Positions 32,311-35,058 of a DNA stretch of 35,058 nucleotides are shown piece by piece. Numbering within the stretch: position 1 is the stretch's first letter; every line of letters starts with the position of its first letter. Below the pieces are notes generated by a model. That model was not told the origin of the DNA. It saw only the letters and a list, made by a program, of their open reading frames with translations, and made no database searches. The position numbers and the translations under genes are program-made. The DNA comes from Seison nebaliae (taxonomy: Eukaryota), in NCBI GenBank assembly GCA_023231475.1, contig JALJEE010000470.1, forward strand, positions 1-35,058, in the 5' to 3' direction.

Positions 32311-33865
32311 CAACAATAATTCTATTTCTATCAATGAATCGATTAGTGATACATCGACTAATCGACGACTTTCACATTTCAATAAGACAATTCCATTAAT
32401 CAATACCATATCACCCAGTTTAGACAGGTCATTATGTGAACAACCACTATCGAGTGAATTGGAGGAAGATAATATGATAAATTTTCGAGAATTCAATCAA
32501 AATCAAAATAGAACGAAAGAGGAAGATGAAGATAAAGATCTGGAAACGATTCATCGATTGAAACACGAACATCCATTAATGCAAGGTTATCATATGTTGG
32601 ATCAATTCGGTCAATACGTCCAACCATCATTAATTCATCAACAAAATCTGGAAGATAATGATTGTGATAATTTTTTGAATCTCCGTAAAATTAACGATGA
32701 TAAGCCTTTGAGTAACGTTTTGAAAATGTACGAATATTTGCATGCTCCAATCACTAAATTCTGGCAATATTTCATTTGGCATGTTATTTTCCTCCTCATA
32801 TTCACTGCCACACTTCTCGTCAAAACGGAAGAAGAACCATCATATCGAGAATATTTCATCGTTCTCTATATGATAGCGAGTGGATTGGAAGCGATTCGTG
32901 AATTGTTCAATAAAGAATCGGATCGATTTATTGACAAATGTATTTTATTCAGTCAGAAATATTCAAATATTTTTGATCTCATTTTCCTCCCAATTATCAT
33001 CATCGCTTTCGTCTTTCGATTCTATCCACTCTATTTAATGTATGGTCGATTGATTTATTGTGTCTTATCGATTTATTGGCATTTGAGATTATTGGAATTT
33101 TATACGATTCATCCCAAACTTGGTCCTCTCATTTTCACCATCGGGAAAATGATGAAAGATCTTCTCTTATTCGTCTTAATTCTTCTCGTCGCTGTTATCA
33201 GTTTCGGCGTATCGAGACAAGCAATCAAATATCCGTATAAGACGTCGTTGGAATTGGATAGTGTAATCGGAATATTTCTCGAACCATATTTCATGTTATA
33301 TGGTGAAGTGTATGCAGGAAAAATATATCCGAAGTGTACAGAAGAATCGAATAAATTATCGGATCCAGCATGTGCTCCCGGTCATTGGATTATTGGAATA
33401 ACAATGACCATTTTCCTCATCATTGCCAACATTTGTCTTCTCTCCGTATTAATCGCTGTGTTCAATTCGACTTTCTCTCGCAATTTCGATCAATCAGCAT
33501 TAATATGGAAATTCCATCGATATAATCTCGTTCTGGAATATGAAGCCAAACCGATATTCCCACCACCCTTCATTCTCATTCTTCATTCATATTACATCGT
33601 TCGTTTTATTTATAAACATCTCTTTCGATCTCAACGAACGAGTCAAGGCATTTGTGGATTACGATTGGTGTTGCCATTAGAAAAGATGAAAGATCTCCAC
33701 GATTTCGAAGAAGACATTCTAGATCGTTGTTTGACGAATGTGGAAAAATTAATGTTGAAGAGGAATCTCGATCAAATTCCTTTCAATAACGGCAATCTTC
33801 CCAATACCTTACAATCATTGAAAGAGATGATGGAACAAATGAAAAAATCGATGAAGAACAAATGA
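28505..33865 (+). CDS. TRPM: TRPM cation channel (TRPM1/3/6/7-type, no kinase or NUDT9H domain), 1786 aa, intronless
   Basis: MHR motifs (CYCGR, YGTIDFEG, AEYVRLS, PQLVLSIYGG, IGIAPW, HFLLIDDGT, LALSWRRVDWA, ELLVWAVL, FIAHPICQ), APITKFW, S1-S6, pore PYFMLYGEVYA, TRP box WKFHRY...PPP, LHDFEE and a short coiled coil. Confidence 0.97.
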
Positions 33866-33906
33866 AATTTTGTTCGTTTGTTTTTTTCCTTCAAACTTTT
33901 TTCTTT

Positions 33907-34166
33907 TTTTCGTTTGTTCTCAAACTATTCCAATTTTCCAAATTATCTCATATTTCATAATCTTACCATAATATACAATATTTTTATCAGTTTCAATATG
34001 AGTGAAGATCAGAAATATTATTTTTTCTTAAATAAATTCTATTTCGTTATTTACTCAAATAGTATGATCAGCTGATTCATATTCTACTTTTGTCACCATG
34101 ACTAATGAATATTTATGAAATTTGAGATATATAGGTAAATTGGAATAGTTTGAGAACAAACGAAAA
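33907..34166. repeat. 54-bp inverted repeat (33907-33960 / 34113-34166) with 152-nt spacer; MITE-like or foldback
   Basis: By manual alignment the arms match at 49/54 positions, and the outer 30 nt (TTTTCGTTTGTTCTCAAACTATTCCAATTT) are perfect. No clear TSD. Confidence 0.9.
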
Positions 34167-34220
34167 CGTAAGCAGTAATGAATTACTTTCGTGCACATTT
34201 CGTGCAGAACCATCATTTGA

Positions 34221-34787
34221 ATTAAATGCATATCTGACAATTTCCATTTTCCCCAAATTAAGTTAGATAAAAATGATGATGACTTAGAGAAATTGGTGTC
34301 TAAGGAAGTGTGTTTCCTGGGATGTCAAATCGACTCGAAGAGAAGAAGTTCAGCACTTGTAGATCGCGTAAGATGTACATTCCTTAGATCTTTCTACTCC
34401 TTCCATCATCGCTGCAAATTTTTCTCTCTTAAATTGAAACTGAATCTATTTGTCTGTTACTGTTGCGACTTCTATGGATTGCCAGTTTTCATTTCGAATA
34501 CTGATAAGTCATTACGATGTCTTGATCGAACATATAATAGATCACTTCGGATGATGCTCGGTTGTCATAAGCCTTTCAATAGAGCATTTATGTTCACGAT
34601 TTGCGAACTGACTCCTTTGCCATTACTCCTGGCACAGAGGTATCTGAAAGTAGTTGATTCTGTTCGCAGTTCAACTCTTTCAGTTCCAACGTATACACAA
34701 TGTGAGAGCTTCTCGTCGTCTCTCCAATTTTTCTGCCGTTATTACTCCTTATCGGAGATCTTTCAATGGAAGACGCTTTATCGGTGA
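34221..34787 (+). mobile_element. 5'-truncated non-LTR retrotransposon (LINE, CR1/L2-like) fragment encoding the RT thumb/C-terminal region
   Basis: Open frame FPQIKLD...EVCFLGCQID (last RT motif, YLG-like), KLNLFVCYCCDFYG and TYNRSLRMMLG are typical of the post-RT region of LINE ORF2. There is no ATG start and no YADD core. Confidence 0.72.
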
Positions 34788-34907
34788 CATCCAATTTTGA
34801 TTTGTCTTATCACGTTCCTGAAGCACTCAAGCATTTTATTGTAACGGGCAGGAAACTAATCTTAAATAACTCCTTTAAGGTAGTGCTGTGATTATGATCT
34901 GTGAGTC

Positions 34908-35058
34908 CAGAGTGATAAGACTCGAGTCCTCCATACATTATGGAAAAAAAAAATCCAGACATGATAAGAGTCCTATACATACAAGGCTCGAGCCAAGCTA
35001 TTAGCCAGACTCATGCTTTGGCTCGAGTCCTCTCATGAATCGGAATCGATTCCTCTCT
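34908..35058. mobile_element. Palindrome-rich repeat, possible terminus of a non-autonomous DNA transposon (hAT-like), running off the window
   Basis: Starts CAGAG. Contains GACTCGAGTC, GGCTCGAGCC and GGCTCGAGTC palindromes and a duplicated TGATAAGA...GTCCT..ATACAT. Confidence 0.35.

Noticed and set aside
28897..33294. Antisense and alternate-frame ORFs within TRPM (likewise within the BEN-like gene, RPS6 and PDCD10)
   Set aside because: Shadow ORFs caused by codon bias and AAT/AAC repeats (poly-L/I translations).

Overview
Eukaryotic (metazoan, invertebrate-like), very AT-rich and compact genomic window with mini-introns. Manual splicing gives 11 protein-coding genes: PPT1, a SIRT7-like sirtuin, a divergent SEC13-like WD40 protein, an orphan LRR-like type I membrane protein, a 1113-aa low-complexity nuclear protein with a probable C-terminal BEN domain (preceded by an 8.4-kb gene-free region), a CD225/dispanin protein, an orphan Cys-rich membrane protein, a secreted 2x chitin-binding (CBM14) + ShKT protein, RPS6, PDCD10 and an intronless TRPM channel. 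Repeats are a 7-copy GTCTACCAAAT array with an 8-bp flanking direct repeat, a 54-bp inverted repeat behind TRPM, a LINE RT fragment and a palindrome-rich terminal element. The most striking signal is splicing: all 14 introns I could reconstruct (13 of them 42-65 nt) begin with GTT instead of the usual GTA/GTG, and three are stop-free multiples of 3. No rRNA, tRNA or CRISPR was found. Family calls come from recalled motifs, not database searches.
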